DNA of 64,000 bases from an uncultured Anaerolineaceae bacterium (GCA_964395665.1 CAYNDH010000001.1:161-64160), one strand, 5' to 3'. Numbered from the stretch's first letter, positions 41,297 to 51,484 are shown. Program-made: numbers and translations. The notes: a model not told the origin generated them from the letters alone.

Positions 41297-42085
41297 ATGA
41301 CGATTGATCCAACTCTATTTCGCTCAGTACTCGCTCAGTGGGCGTCGGGCGTCAGCATTATCACCACTGCGGATGATGGCAGGCCACACGGCATGACGGC
41401 CAGTTCATTCACCAGCCTGAGCCTCAACCCGTCGCTGATCCAGTTCAGCCTTGGCAAGAAAAATCAGAGCCATGACATGATCCATCGGGCAGGCTTTTTC
41501 GCAGTGAATATCCTGCACGAGCATCAGACTGAACTGGGTAAGTTATTCGCCGGGATGATGCCGGAACAGGAAAACCGCTTCGAGCATATCCCGTATGAGA
41601 CGGCGGTGACTGGCGCACCCATCCTGCCCGGAGTCAATGCATGGCTGGATTGCAGGCTTTACCGCAGCTATGACGGTGGAGACCACACACTGATTCTCGG
41701 TGAGGTCGTCGCGGCAGAAGCGCAGCCCAAACAGATGCCGCTGCTCTATTTCAACCGGCATTGGGGGACGTTCAGCCCGAAACAGCCGCAGAAAACGCTG
41801 ACGCATGTCGTGATGATGCGCCTGCATGAACCCACACCGGACAATATCAGCCTGATGAAAAATCGGCTGCTGGCGCTGCAAGCCACTATCCCCCAGATCC
41901 TGAGTATCGAAGTCGGGGCGAATATCGTCCCATCAGACCGCGCCTATGATCTGGCGCTGATCACACGCTTCGCCTCACTGGAAGCCATGCAGGAATATCA
42001 GGTTCATCCGGACCATCAGCGCGTGTTGAGTGAGGTGATCCGACCACTGACATCATCCGTCGCGGCTGTCGATTACGAAAGCTGA
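41297..42085 (+). CDS. Flavin reductase-like FMN-binding domain fused to Dabb (stress-responsive alpha/beta barrel) domain
   Basis: I trimmed the start to ATG 41297 (MTIDPTLFRSVLAQWASGVSIIT). The flavin-reductase part includes GMTASSFTSLSLNPSLIQFSL. The C-terminal about 95 aa, THVVMMRL...MQEYQVHPDHQRV, matches the Dabb pattern. Confidence 0.75.
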   Translation: MTIDPTLFRSVLAQWASGVSIITTADDGRPHGMTASSFTSLSLNPSLIQFSLGKKNQSHDMIHRAGFFAVNILHEHQTELGKLFAGMMPEQENRFEHIPYETAVTGAPILPGVNAWLDCRLYRSYDGGDHTLILGEVVAAEAQPKQMPLLYFNRHWGTFSPKQPQKTLTHVVMMRLHEPTPDNISLMKNRLLALQATIPQILSIEVGANIVPSDRAYDLALITRFASLEAMQEYQVHPDHQRVLSEVIRPLTSSVAAVDYES

Positions 42086-42129
42086 ACATCCTGTCAGACG
42101 TTATCGACGACTGAACTCAACGACACTGA

Positions 42130-42160
42130 ATACAGCAGACTTTGCAGCAGTCTGCTGTAT
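42130..42160. terminator. Strong hairpin between convergent genes (candidate bidirectional terminator, no U-tract)
   Basis: 12-bp perfect stem atacagcagact (42130-42141) / agtctgctgtat (42149-42160) with a 7-nt loop. Confidence 0.45.
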
Positions 42161-42181
42161 AGCAGCGGCAACTGGCCCGGA

Positions 42182-42925
42182 TTATTTCCGCAGCAGCGGC
42201 ATGGCTGAAAGCGCAGCCCCAACAATGCCGGCATCATTCTGAAGCTCAGCCGGGACGAGTTTGGCGTTGACGTTCAGCAGAGGCAGGAATTTATCCGCCC
42301 GCTTACTGACACCACCGCCGATGATCATCAGATCCGGCGAGAACAGGAAATCCAGCCTTTCAAGGTACTCATTGAGGCGGCGCGCCCATTTTTCCCAACT
42401 GAGGTCTTTTTCCTGCCGGATGCGGTCGGATGCCCGCTCTTCCGCTGCTTTTCCACGGATCTCAAGGTGCCCAAGCTCAAGATTAGGCACCAGTGTCCCA
42501 TCGACGAAAAGAGCGCTGCCAATCCCCGTGCCGAGCGTCAGCATCATTACCACACCTTCATGACCGCGCCCCGCGCCAAAGATCATCTCGGCAATACCAG
42601 CAGCGTCGGCATCATTCAGCACGTGGACAGGTAAGCCTGTTGCTTCTTCGAACAGAGCCTGCCCGTTGGTCCCGATCCATGCGTCATCGACATTGGCGGC
42701 ACTGTGCATGATCCCGTTTTTGACAATTGCAGGAAAGGTACAGCCAATCGGCCCTTCCCAGTTAAAGAAACGTGCCACCTCACGCACAGTTTCGGCCACG
42801 GCGTCCGGTTTCGCAGGCTGAGGGGTGGGAAGGCGATAGCGCTCGTGTGTGAATTCGCCGGTTTCGGTGTTGACCGGCGCCCCCTTGATCCCTGATCCGC
42901 CAATATCAATTCCGAGAATTTCCAT
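42182..42925 (-). CDS. ppgK: Polyphosphate/ATP glucokinase, ROK family
   Basis: I trimmed the start to ATG 42923-42925 ([18 protein letters not shown]). [12 protein letters not shown] and GHLEI motifs are typical of PpgK. Confidence 0.85.
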   Translation of the reverse strand: MEILGIDIGGSGIKGAPVNTETGEFTHERYRLPTPQPAKPDAVAETVREVARFFNWEGPIGCTFPAIVKNGIMHSAANVDDAWIGTNGQALFEEATGLPVHVLNDADAAGIAEMIFGAGRGHEGVVMMLTLGTGIGSALFVDGTLVPNLELGHLEIRGKAAEERASDRIRQEKDLSWEKWARRLNEYLERLDFLFSPDLMIIGGGVSKRADKFLPLLNVNAKLVPAELQNDAGIVGAALSAMPLLRK

Positions 42926-43076
42926 GCTTGCTCTCCAGCGTAAATCCATCAGTCAGTTGTATAAACAGCAAGTGCTGATTCGCTATAAACAAATCGTATA
43001 AAAACGTTATTGAATATCAACCTGGCATTTTCATCAGTATAATGGTTAAGACTGTTATGATTTGAGTTCAGATCAC

Positions 43077-43829
43077 ATGCCTCTCGCTACATTCCAATTT
43101 TATGATGATACCCGTGATTTTCTTCCACCCCGGCTCCGTGACAAAGCCATCGAACATCCCTTCGACTGGAAAGCATCCATCAAGGACATGATTGAGTCGC
43201 TCGGGGTGCCGCACTGCGAGATTGAGGCTATTATCCTCAACGGACGCAGCATTCAATTTGAGCAGATTGTACCGGAAAACGCCAGAATTGAGGTCTATGG
43301 GCGGGCCGAGTCATGTCCCATCCAGCCAGTGCTTCCGCTGCGAGAACCGCTGACCGAAAAGCCGCGCTTTATACTGGATACCCATCTGGGACGGCTGGCG
43401 TCATTTCTGCGGATGGCCGGATATGATACGCTCTATCGAAATGATTACGACGACAGCGAACTGGCGGAAGTATCACATGCCGAACAGCGCATCCTGCTCT
43501 CGCGGGATATCGGCCTGCTAAAACGGAGTCTGGTGATCTATGGACGGTTTATCCGCCAGACGGACCCGAAGCGGCAGATTGTGGAAGTGCTTAGCCGGTA
43601 TCATCTGATGCAGGAAGTGTCACTGCTTCAGCGCTGTCTGAAATGTAATGGCGTACTGAAACCGGTCGAAAAGCACGCGATTCTCAACGAGCTGACGGAA
43701 TCAACAGTGCGCTATTACGACGAATTTCATCGCTGCAGCGCCTGTCAGCAGATTTACTGGAAGGGTTCACACTATGATCGGATGGTAGAGTTTATGGCAG
43801 GAGTGCTGAAGGGGCACACGGGATTATAA
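43077..43829 (+). CDS. Mut7-C RNase domain protein with N-terminal ubiquitin-like (Ub-Mut7C) domain and C-terminal zinc ribbon
   Basis: I prefer the ATG at 43077 over the TTG at 43062. FILDTHLGRLASFLRMAGYDT and RILLSRD form the PIN-like Mut7-C core. CLKCNG...CSACQQIYWKGSHY forms the Zn ribbon. Confidence 0.75.
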   Translation: MPLATFQFYDDTRDFLPPRLRDKAIEHPFDWKASIKDMIESLGVPHCEIEAIILNGRSIQFEQIVPENARIEVYGRAESCPIQPVLPLREPLTEKPRFILDTHLGRLASFLRMAGYDTLYRNDYDDSELAEVSHAEQRILLSRDIGLLKRSLVIYGRFIRQTDPKRQIVEVLSRYHLMQEVSLLQRCLKCNGVLKPVEKHAILNELTESTVRYYDEFHRCSACQQIYWKGSHYDRMVEFMAGVLKGHTGL

Positions 43830-43942
43830 ACACAGGGTCGATAATGCGCCCTGGGCAGACAGCAGCTATCCACAGGCATACAAAAGGAGAACTGCGCCCT
43901 TCTACACCGTTCTCCGGGATGCCCTGCCGTGAAGTTCAGGCG

Positions 43943-44176
43943 TCAGGTCTGGGCGGCCTGCTGCTGTTTGAGAAAAATCGCACGTCCGGCATTCTGCGCC
44001 GCTCGACGCACATTGAGGTCACTGTCGGTGGTATAAACCTGATGCAGTCTATCCAGTGCCTCTGCATCACCCAGCAGCTCAATTTCCTGTATGGCTTTCA
44101 AGCGGACGTCAGGATTTTTGTCTTCCAGGCGCGCCAGATGGTAAGTGAGCAATTTTTTAGACAAACTTTCAGTCAT
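43943..44176 (-). CDS. Small HEAT-repeat protein
   Basis: 77 aa. DKNPDVRLKAIQEIELLGDAEALDRLHQVYTTDSDLNVRRAAQNA is a PBS-lyase HEAT-like repeat. Confidence 0.5.
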   Translation of the reverse strand: MTESLSKKLLTYHLARLEDKNPDVRLKAIQEIELLGDAEALDRLHQVYTTDSDLNVRRAAQNAGRAIFLKQQQAAQT

Positions 44177-44346
44177 AAGTCGCCGCTCTGTGAGTCCTGA
44201 TTTACTTTTTCGCTTTACTGACTATGCTCTATTTTAACTGACGGAGTTTGAATAAACCACTAAAGAACGTAAAAATAGCAATAAATACCTATTACGCTGG
44301 CAAAAATTCATGATAATTTCGCATCTCTCACGACAAGGATCAGCCG

Positions 44347-45600
44347 ATGTCATCCTCATCATTGATCGCAACCATTCTCGGTATCCCCAGTATCCCTTCG
44401 ATTGTAGAAGTCAATATTCGGGCGGCCCCCGGCACCAACCAGCCGCTGACATTCAAAGTCCCCTTACACATAAAAGCCAGCGTCGCTGAGGTTGCGCTGG
44501 ATGTCGAAGGACGGGGCCTGTATAACAAGACCTATCAATGGCTGAAGCTCGAGTTCCCGGATGGGCGCAGCGGATGGGTTCGTGATGATCTCATCACCAT
44601 TGAAGGCGATGGCAGCCGCTTCGGCTACGGGTTTATCGCTCGTCCGCTGCTGGCCTTCGCCCTCACCCGATCATTGTCACCAGCAGAGCCACCAGCCCCC
44701 CCAGATACCTCTGATGCGCCGCCGGATACGCCTGCCCCACCACCAGCCACCGACCCACTACCCGGATCTGGCAGCACACCGTCACGTCTTGCCCAGGTGA
44801 TCGCACGGGTGCAGGGCGGAGTCAACATCCGCAGTGCGCCGTCCTTACGGATTAATCCACCGATCGGACGGCTCTCATTCGGAGACAAACTCACTATTCT
44901 GGGCGTGATGCCGGATCAGAACTTCCCGAATAACCTGCGCTGGATCAATGTCGAGTTTCAGGGCCGCAGCGGATGGGTGCGGGAAGATGTCGTGCGGCTG
45001 GAAGGCAGTTACGATATGTTTCAGCTTGCTGCCAGTGATGCCTATCCGCCTCCAATGGATAACTGTACGTGGCAGCGTGATTTCAATACCGATCCGCAGT
45101 ATTATGACGCCATCCACCATGGCTGGGACTTCAGCGCTCGTGTGGGTGAAGCGGTGGTAGCAGGGCCACAGGGTGGCACAGTGATGCGTACATTTCGCTG
45201 CATCAAATGCGTCCCACACGCCCCCAGCGCGGTCGATCAGGGGATGGGGTTAAACAATTTCGCGGTTCTGAATGATCCGGCATGGGGATATGGGTATGGG
45301 CATTATGTCATCGTTCGTTATCTCAACGACGTGCTGCCCGAATCAACAAAACAGGGGCTGGGCAAACGCGGGCTGACTGGAGCGCATATCTATATCATGT
45401 ACGCACATCTGAACAGCATCGAGTGCGTCGAAGGTCAGAATGTCGCCGGCGGTGCGCGCATCGGCACCTGTGGCAACAGCGGCAATTCCAGCGGCCCACA
45501 CCTGCATCTGGAGATCAGGGCATCACTTAACCCGAATGATACCAACTGGTCCGGGATGTTCCGGAACCTGCTCTCACCCGCCATGCTGTTTTTACGCTGA
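44347..45600 (+). CDS. M23 family metallopeptidase with two SH3b-like domains and a Pro-rich linker
   Basis: 417 aa. The repeated motif GRSGWVR(D/E)D marks SH3b-like domains, the linker is PAEPPAPPDTSDAPPDTPAPPPATDP, and the M23 motifs are HHGWDF and GPHLHLEIR. Confidence 0.85.
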   Translation: MSSSSLIATILGIPSIPSIVEVNIRAAPGTNQPLTFKVPLHIKASVAEVALDVEGRGLYNKTYQWLKLEFPDGRSGWVRDDLITIEGDGSRFGYGFIARPLLAFALTRSLSPAEPPAPPDTSDAPPDTPAPPPATDPLPGSGSTPSRLAQVIARVQGGVNIRSAPSLRINPPIGRLSFGDKLTILGVMPDQNFPNNLRWINVEFQGRSGWVREDVVRLEGSYDMFQLAASDAYPPPMDNCTWQRDFNTDPQYYDAIHHGWDFSARVGEAVVAGPQGGTVMRTFRCIKCVPHAPSAVDQGMGLNNFAVLNDPAWGYGYGHYVIVRYLNDVLPESTKQGLGKRGLTGAHIYIMYAHLNSIECVEGQNVAGGARIGTCGNSGNSSGPHLHLEIRASLNPNDTNWSGMFRNLLSPAMLFLR

Positions 45601-45613
45601 TCACCCGGACGGT

Positions 45614-46261
45614 TTACACAGGAAGCACATCATCCCCGGCAACCACATACACCCGGTCGTCCGCTGATGGTCTGATAGATGCCGAGTCGATGAAACTTCC
45701 GAAGGCGGGCAGCACCAGCATCCCCGGCTGACGCCAGAAACATGGCAGTTTTAACTGCTGGCGGCCCTTGCCGGACAGACGGTATGCCGGGTGCAGGTGA
45801 CCCGCAAGCGTAAAGCCCTCATCGGATAGTGCCGGTTGATGCAACCACACGAACGGCGCACTGATCACTGGGGCCTTCAGGGTGCGAATCTGCCAGTCTG
45901 CCGGGATTCTGGCGAAACGGTCATGATTACCCTGAACCAGCACAAACTCAATTTCGGCGTGTGTGCTGCGCCATGTGGTAAATTCAGCGATCACCCGGTC
46001 TGTATGGCCGCTGCGGGAATGGATGAGATCGCCAAGGATCACCAGTCTGCTGGCGTGCGTCCTTTGCAGCAGGCGGCTCAGACGGGACAGGTCGGCGGAT
46101 GTCGTCTGATCCGGCAGTGGAATAGCATGAACACGAAACGCCTCGGCTTTCCCCAGATGTACATCCGCGATAAAAACGGTGCTTTTCGCAGGTTGAAATA
46201 CAGCGCGTTCTGGCAGCAGAGTCAGCCTTTCCCCGGCCAGCGTTAAAGAGAGATCAGCCAT
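45614..46261 (-). CDS. pdeM: Ligase-associated DNA damage response endonuclease PdeM (metallophosphoesterase)
   Basis: 215 aa. Motifs FIADVHLGKAEAFR, LVILGDLIHS, QGNHDR, GHLHP and LVLPAFGSF fit the PdeM family pattern. Confidence 0.85.
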   Translation of the reverse strand: MADLSLTLAGERLTLLPERAVFQPAKSTVFIADVHLGKAEAFRVHAIPLPDQTTSADLSRLSRLLQRTHASRLVILGDLIHSRSGHTDRVIAEFTTWRSTHAEIEFVLVQGNHDRFARIPADWQIRTLKAPVISAPFVWLHQPALSDEGFTLAGHLHPAYRLSGKGRQQLKLPCFWRQPGMLVLPAFGSFIDSASIRPSADDRVYVVAGDDVLPV

Positions 46262-46263
46262 GC

Positions 46264-48822
46264 TCAGGACTCCGCGCTATCCAGGATGATACCCGCCGCC
46301 CGGTCAAGACTGGCAAGCATTTTACGAACGCGGTCTTCCAGCGTTTCCGATGACAATGTCTGGCGCAGACGTTCCACCAGCAGCGGAAAAGCAAACGGCG
46401 TCGGGCGCTTCGTCGGTTTGAAGATCACCGTCGAACGCTGAAGTCGCAGCAGCGCCTGATGCAGACGTGAGCTTTCGAGCTGACGCTGAAGCACTTCACG
46501 CTGGGCCTGCACCAGCAGCAGATTATCCGGGTCATAATTTTGCAGCACATCGTACATCAGGCTGCTGGATGCCTGAAGCTGGCGAGCGGTTTTCTGTCCA
46601 CCCGGATAACGCGTCGCAACCAGACCGGAGATGCGGGCAATTTCGCGGAACTGCCGCTTCGCCATTTCACCCGCATTCAGACTTGCGAGTACATCATCGA
46701 TCAGGCTTTCGGTGGAGAACAGCCGATCCGTCAGCAGGGTTTCGATGTCATCCACCGGTTCAGCAGAAAGCAGTTCGAAGCCGTAATCATTAAAGGCAAG
46801 CGTAAAGGTCATCGGCTTCTGTTGGGCGAGACGATAGGCGAAAAGCGCGGCCAGCCCTTCATGCACCAGCCTCCCCTCAAACGGATAGAAGAACAGATGC
46901 CAGCCCTCGCGGGTTTTCACCTGTTCGATCAGCAGTTCATCCGCCGATGGGATGATCGACCATTTTGACTGAAGCTCAAAAATCGGCTGAAGCGCTTGCA
47001 GTTCTGGTGTAGTACGATCACCCTGTCGGGCATGGCTCAACTGTTCACGGATCGCCGTACTCAATTCATCTGAAATCGGAAGGCCGCCGCCAAACCAGCG
47101 CGGGACCACACCGCGTTTGCTTTTTGCCCGCCTCACCCAGACCGTCATATCGCGCACACGCACAAATTCAAGCACTTTACCGGCCAGTGTGAAGGTATCG
47201 CCCCGCTTTAGGCGTGAGATAAACGACTCGTCGATGCTGCCGATATTTCCGCCTTTCAGATACCGCACCTGAAGCGTCGCATCCCCCATGATCGTGCCAA
47301 TCGACATGCGGTGCAGGCGGGCCGCTAGCTGATTTTCAACCGTATAGCGTCCGTCCTGTTCCACAAGCCGGTGATACTCGGGATAAGTGCGCAGGGCCTC
47401 TCCGCCGCGAGTGACGAAATCCAGTGTCCATTCCCAATCATCCCGTGAAAGGGTGCGAAAGGCATGGGCGCTGCGGACTTCACGGTACAGTCCGTCAGCC
47501 GTAAAGCCGCCGCCTAGCGCGACCGTCACCAGATGCTGCGCCAGCACATCCAATGGATTTTCAATCGGACGCCGGGTTTCAATCCGTCCGTTTTGCGCCG
47601 CTTCACGTACAGCGGCGACTTCCAGCAGTTCGAGTGCATGCGTGGGGACACAGATCACCCGGCTGACGGCCCCCGGCTGATGTCCGCTGCGGCCAGCACG
47701 CTGAAGCAGACGCGCCACCCCCTTCGGGCTGCCAATCTGAAGCACCTGACTCACCGGCGAAAAATCGACACCCAGATCAAGACTCGATGTCGAAACCACA
47801 CAGCGCAGTCGGCCTTCATCCAAGGCGGTTTCGACCCATGCACGCAGCGTCGGGTCGAGTGATCCGTGATGCAGCGCGATCTCTCCCGCCCAGTCTGGAC
47901 GGGCATCGATCAGCGCCTGATACCAGCCTTCGGTCTGGGCGCGGGTATTGGTAAAAATGAGCGTGGTGTCGGCCTGTTCAATCTGCGCGATGACCTGCGG
48001 CAGCATATTGATCCCCAGATGCCCGGCCCACGGGAAACGCTCGATTCGAGCCGGGATCAGCGACTCGATCATCACCTGTTTGGAGATCTCACCGCTGACC
48101 AGTACGCCGCTGCGGATCTCACCAGTTTCAGCATCAATGCCCAGCAGGGTGTCCAGCGCCGATTCCAGATCGCCCATTGTGGCCGAAAGTCCCCACAGCC
48201 GCAGTCGTGGATTCCAGCGGCGCAGGCGTGCCAGCCCCAGCTCGGTCTGCACACCGCGCTTGGTCGCCATCAGTTCATGCCATTCATCGACCACCACCAA
48301 ACGCAGAGACGCAAACAGCTTCTCCGCATCTTCACGGGCCAGCAGCAGCGAAAGGCTTTCCGGTGTCGTGACCAGCACCGTTGGCAGGCGGGTACGCTGT
48401 CGGCTGCGCAGTGCGGATGATATATCACCTGTGCGCCGTTCAATCGACCACGGCAGGTTCAGTGCTTCTACGGGCGCACGCAGTGCCGCTTCGGTATCGG
48501 CAGCAAGCGCCCGCAGCGGTGTGATCCACAGTGCGGTCAGCGGTGCAGTCTGGCTGCGGCGTGTGACTGTCGCTAGCCGTGAGGTTCTGACAGACATGTC
48601 GGACGCTGCTTCTGCCAGCAGACCCATCCACGCGGCATAGGTCTTGCCCGTTCCGGTGGCCGTGTGAATCAGCCCACTTTTCCCATCGAGATAGGCACGC
48701 CATGCCTGACGCTGAAAGTCAAACGGCGTCCAGCCCTGAGACGCAAACCAGGCTTCAATCAGGGCCAGCACATCCGACAGCGCAGGATTTATGGGTGAGG
48801 GTTGAGAGGCCATCAGCATCAC
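46264..48822 (-). CDS. Ligase-associated DNA damage response DEXH-box helicase (Lhr-like)
   Basis: 852 aa. Walker A TATGTGKT and DEXH box VVVDEWHE are followed by the Lhr-type C-terminal extension. There is a 4-bp overlap with the ligase gene. Confidence 0.9.
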   Translation of the reverse strand: MMLMASQPSPINPALSDVLALIEAWFASQGWTPFDFQRQAWRAYLDGKSGLIHTATGTGKTYAAWMGLLAEAASDMSVRTSRLATVTRRSQTAPLTALWITPLRALAADTEAALRAPVEALNLPWSIERRTGDISSALRSRQRTRLPTVLVTTPESLSLLLAREDAEKLFASLRLVVVDEWHELMATKRGVQTELGLARLRRWNPRLRLWGLSATMGDLESALDTLLGIDAETGEIRSGVLVSGEISKQVMIESLIPARIERFPWAGHLGINMLPQVIAQIEQADTTLIFTNTRAQTEGWYQALIDARPDWAGEIALHHGSLDPTLRAWVETALDEGRLRCVVSTSSLDLGVDFSPVSQVLQIGSPKGVARLLQRAGRSGHQPGAVSRVICVPTHALELLEVAAVREAAQNGRIETRRPIENPLDVLAQHLVTVALGGGFTADGLYREVRSAHAFRTLSRDDWEWTLDFVTRGGEALRTYPEYHRLVEQDGRYTVENQLAARLHRMSIGTIMGDATLQVRYLKGGNIGSIDESFISRLKRGDTFTLAGKVLEFVRVRDMTVWVRRAKSKRGVVPRWFGGGLPISDELSTAIREQLSHARQGDRTTPELQALQPIFELQSKWSIIPSADELLIEQVKTREGWHLFFYPFEGRLVHEGLAALFAYRLAQQKPMTFTLAFNDYGFELLSAEPVDDIETLLTDRLFSTESLIDDVLASLNAGEMAKRQFREIARISGLVATRYPGGQKTARQLQASSSLMYDVLQNYDPDNLLLVQAQREVLQRQLESSRLHQALLRLQRSTVIFKPTKRPTPFAFPLLVERLRQTLSSETLEDRVRKMLASLDRAAGIILDSAES

Positions 48823-50417
48823 GCTCCGTCTGGCAGCATGGCGCGGATCGTCTCCAGCGTGTCGGCCTCTTCGATTTTCTTATCATGCCGCCAGCGGAGA
48901 ATACGGGGGAAACGCACCGCAATCCCGGATTTATGACGTGCCGAGCGCTGAATCCCTTCAAAGGCGAGTTCAAACACCAGTTCCGGTTTGACAGTCCGCA
49001 CCGGGCCGAATTTTTCACTTGTATTCCGGCGTATAAAGGCATCCACCTTGCGGATTTCCTCATCTGTCAGGCCGGAATAGGCTTTAGCAAATGGGATCAA
49101 CACTCCCTGCTCATCCCAGACTGCAAACGTGTAATCGGTGTACAGGCTGGCACGCTTACCGGAGCCGCGCTGGGCATAAATCAGCACCGCATCCACGGTA
49201 TACGGTTCGATCTTCCACTTCCACCAGTCCCCACGCTGACGGCCCACCCGATACGGCGAGTCACAGCGTTTGAGCATGATGCCTTCGACATTCTGATCGC
49301 GGCTCTGCTGACGCTGTTCAGCCAGTTCGTCCCACGACTGCGCCTCAACCAGCGGTGAAAGCTGCAATGATGGATGCTGGATCGCCGAGACAATCTGCTC
49401 CAACTGTGCCCTGCGCCATGAAAGCGGACGCTCGCGCACATCCTGCCCTTCAAATTCGAGTACATCATATGCCAGGAAGACGACCGGCACTTCGGCCAGC
49501 ATCTTCTTTGTCAGTGACTTGCGTCCAATGCGGCGCTGAAGCTGTGCAAAAGGCATGACCTGCCCGTCATGCCACGGCAGCAGTTCGCCATCCAGCGCGA
49601 CGCCCTCCGGCAGCAGGGCCGCCATCTCAGTGATTTCGGGATAGCGGTCAGTGACCAGCTCTTCGCCCCGTGACCAGACAAACACCTGGCCTTCACGCTG
49701 GATCACCTGTCCGCGAATGCCATCCCATTTCCATTCCGCCTGCCACTGATCGAAATCACCGAGCAGCGCTTCCGGATCTTCTTCAATCGGATAGGCGAGA
49801 AAGAACGGATACGGACGGCTGATGTCCGCATCGGTTGTCTCTTTGGCGACGACATTAGTGAAAAAATCAGCGGTCGGTTCCCAGTTCCCCATCAGACGGT
49901 GGGCAATCGTGGCGGCATCCACGTCACTGACAATCGAAAGGGCGCGTGTCACCAGTCGCTGCGACACGCCGACCCGGAAAGCACCTGTGATCAGCTTGTT
50001 CCAGACGAAGCGTTCGCGGACATTCAGTTCGCGCCATGCCCGCAGCACGGCTTCCTTCTGCACAGTTTCAGGTTCAGCACGCAGCGGCAGCAGATGTTGT
50101 TCCACCCATACCGACAGCGGCAGGTCATTGTTGGATTCGTTGTTTCTCAGCAGCAGGGTGATGGTCTCGGCGCTGTCACCGATCGCATCGTAGGACTCGC
50201 TGTACAACCATTCCGGCACACCCGCTTCCTCAGCCGCCCACGTCGCAAGCTGACGCGATCCGATGATCTGACGCGGTTTGCGCCCGCTGAGGAAATAAAT
50301 CACCCATGCGGCATCATCCGGTGGGACGGATCTGAAATAATCGACCAGCGCCTGAATCTTCTCATTGGTCTTGTTGGTTTCATCCAGTGCGGCGTACAGG
50401 TTTGCGAAGTCTCTCAT
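48819..50417 (-). CDS. ATP-dependent DNA ligase (ligase-associated damage response type)
   Basis: 532 aa. Adenylation motif I AEWKWDGIRGQV (KxDG), then EGIMLKR and WWKWK motifs. Confidence 0.9.
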   Translation of the reverse strand: MRDFANLYAALDETNKTNEKIQALVDYFRSVPPDDAAWVIYFLSGRKPRQIIGSRQLATWAAEEAGVPEWLYSESYDAIGDSAETITLLLRNNESNNDLPLSVWVEQHLLPLRAEPETVQKEAVLRAWRELNVRERFVWNKLITGAFRVGVSQRLVTRALSIVSDVDAATIAHRLMGNWEPTADFFTNVVAKETTDADISRPYPFFLAYPIEEDPEALLGDFDQWQAEWKWDGIRGQVIQREGQVFVWSRGEELVTDRYPEITEMAALLPEGVALDGELLPWHDGQVMPFAQLQRRIGRKSLTKKMLAEVPVVFLAYDVLEFEGQDVRERPLSWRRAQLEQIVSAIQHPSLQLSPLVEAQSWDELAEQRQQSRDQNVEGIMLKRCDSPYRVGRQRGDWWKWKIEPYTVDAVLIYAQRGSGKRASLYTDYTFAVWDEQGVLIPFAKAYSGLTDEEIRKVDAFIRRNTSEKFGPVRTVKPELVFELAFEGIQRSARHKSGIAVRFPRILRWRHDKKIEEADTLETIRAMLPDGA

Positions 50418-51484
50418 ACCTGCCCTTCCCCGCCCTGATCGGTGTCGTCGGCAGCCGCTTCAGTCTCCGCCACAGTGACTTCTTCCAGTTCTTCGCGCTC
50501 ACCCTCATAGCGCGTCTGGAAGCCCTGTGCCTCATAGCCTTGTTCACGCAGCCAGCGCGCCACAACCGCGACGTAGCCATGCGTTACCCAGATGCGCTCT
50601 GCACCCGTCGCTTCAATCGCCTGCATCAACCCGTCCCAATCAACATGATCGGAGATGACAAAGCCGCGATCAACAGCCCGACGCCGACGCGCACCACGAA
50701 TCCGCATCCAACCGGACGCGAATCCGCTGGAATGAGTGCCAAAGCGCCGCGTCCATGATGTGCCACGAGCAGACAGCGGCGCGATAATCAGCGCACCAGC
50801 ATAACTGGCGCGTTTGGCTGATGTCGCATAGATCGTCTCCGGCAGCTTGACGCTGCTTTCACGATAGGCGCGGTTCAGTCGTTCGACTGCGCCATGGGTA
50901 TATATCGGGCCGATACTGGCATCAACCCCGGCCAGCAGACGCTGCGCCTTGCCAAGCGCATAGCCATAAATCAGTGTGGACTTCCCCGCTTCGGCATTAG
51001 CACGCCACCATGCATTAATCTGGTCGAAGACCGTCTGCTGCGGCGACCAGTGATAAATCGGCAGGCCGAATGTTGCTTCGGTGATAAAGGTGTGGCATTT
51101 CACCGGCTCAAATGGCGTACAGGTCGGGTCCGCTTCGATCTTGTAATCACCGGAAGCCACCCATACCTCACCCTGATATTCTACCCGCACCTGTGCCGAA
51201 CCGAGAATGTGCCCGGCTGGATGCAGCGAGACCTGCACGCCATTCAGCATCACCCGTTCGCCATAGTCGGCAGTCTGATAGGCCGCGTCATCCGACAGAC
51301 GAGCGCGGAAGACCTGCTCACCTTCTGCGGAAAAGAGATAAGCCGCGCTGCCCCGCGTCAGATGATCGCCATGGGCATGGGTGACAACCGCACGTGGAAC
51401 CGGCACCCACGGATCGATATAAAAATCCCCGGCGGCGCAGTAGATCCCCTGATCGGTAAACTGGAGTAAGGTCTGTGTACTCAT
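50414..51484 (-). CDS. Ligase-associated DNA damage response exonuclease (metallo-beta-lactamase / beta-CASP fold)
   Basis: I trimmed the start to ATG 51482-51484 (MSTQTLLQFTDQGIYC). It has the MBL motif VVTHAHGDH. There is a 4-bp overlap with the ligase gene. Confidence 0.85.
   Translation of the reverse strand: MSTQTLLQFTDQGIYCAAGDFYIDPWVPVPRAVVTHAHGDHLTRGSAAYLFSAEGEQVFRARLSDDAAYQTADYGERVMLNGVQVSLHPAGHILGSAQVRVEYQGEVWVASGDYKIEADPTCTPFEPVKCHTFITEATFGLPIYHWSPQQTVFDQINAWWRANAEAGKSTLIYGYALGKAQRLLAGVDASIGPIYTHGAVERLNRAYRESSVKLPETIYATSAKRASYAGALIIAPLSARGTSWTRRFGTHSSGFASGWMRIRGARRRRAVDRGFVISDHVDWDGLMQAIEATGAERIWVTHGYVAVVARWLREQGYEAQGFQTRYEGEREELEEVTVAETEAAADDTDQGGEGQV

Noticed and set aside
44177-44346. 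Cyclic-di-AMP (ydaO-type) riboswitch upstream of the M23 peptidase gene
   Set aside because: The region is AT-rich and lacks the G-rich conserved ydaO core segments. It looks like a plain promoter region.
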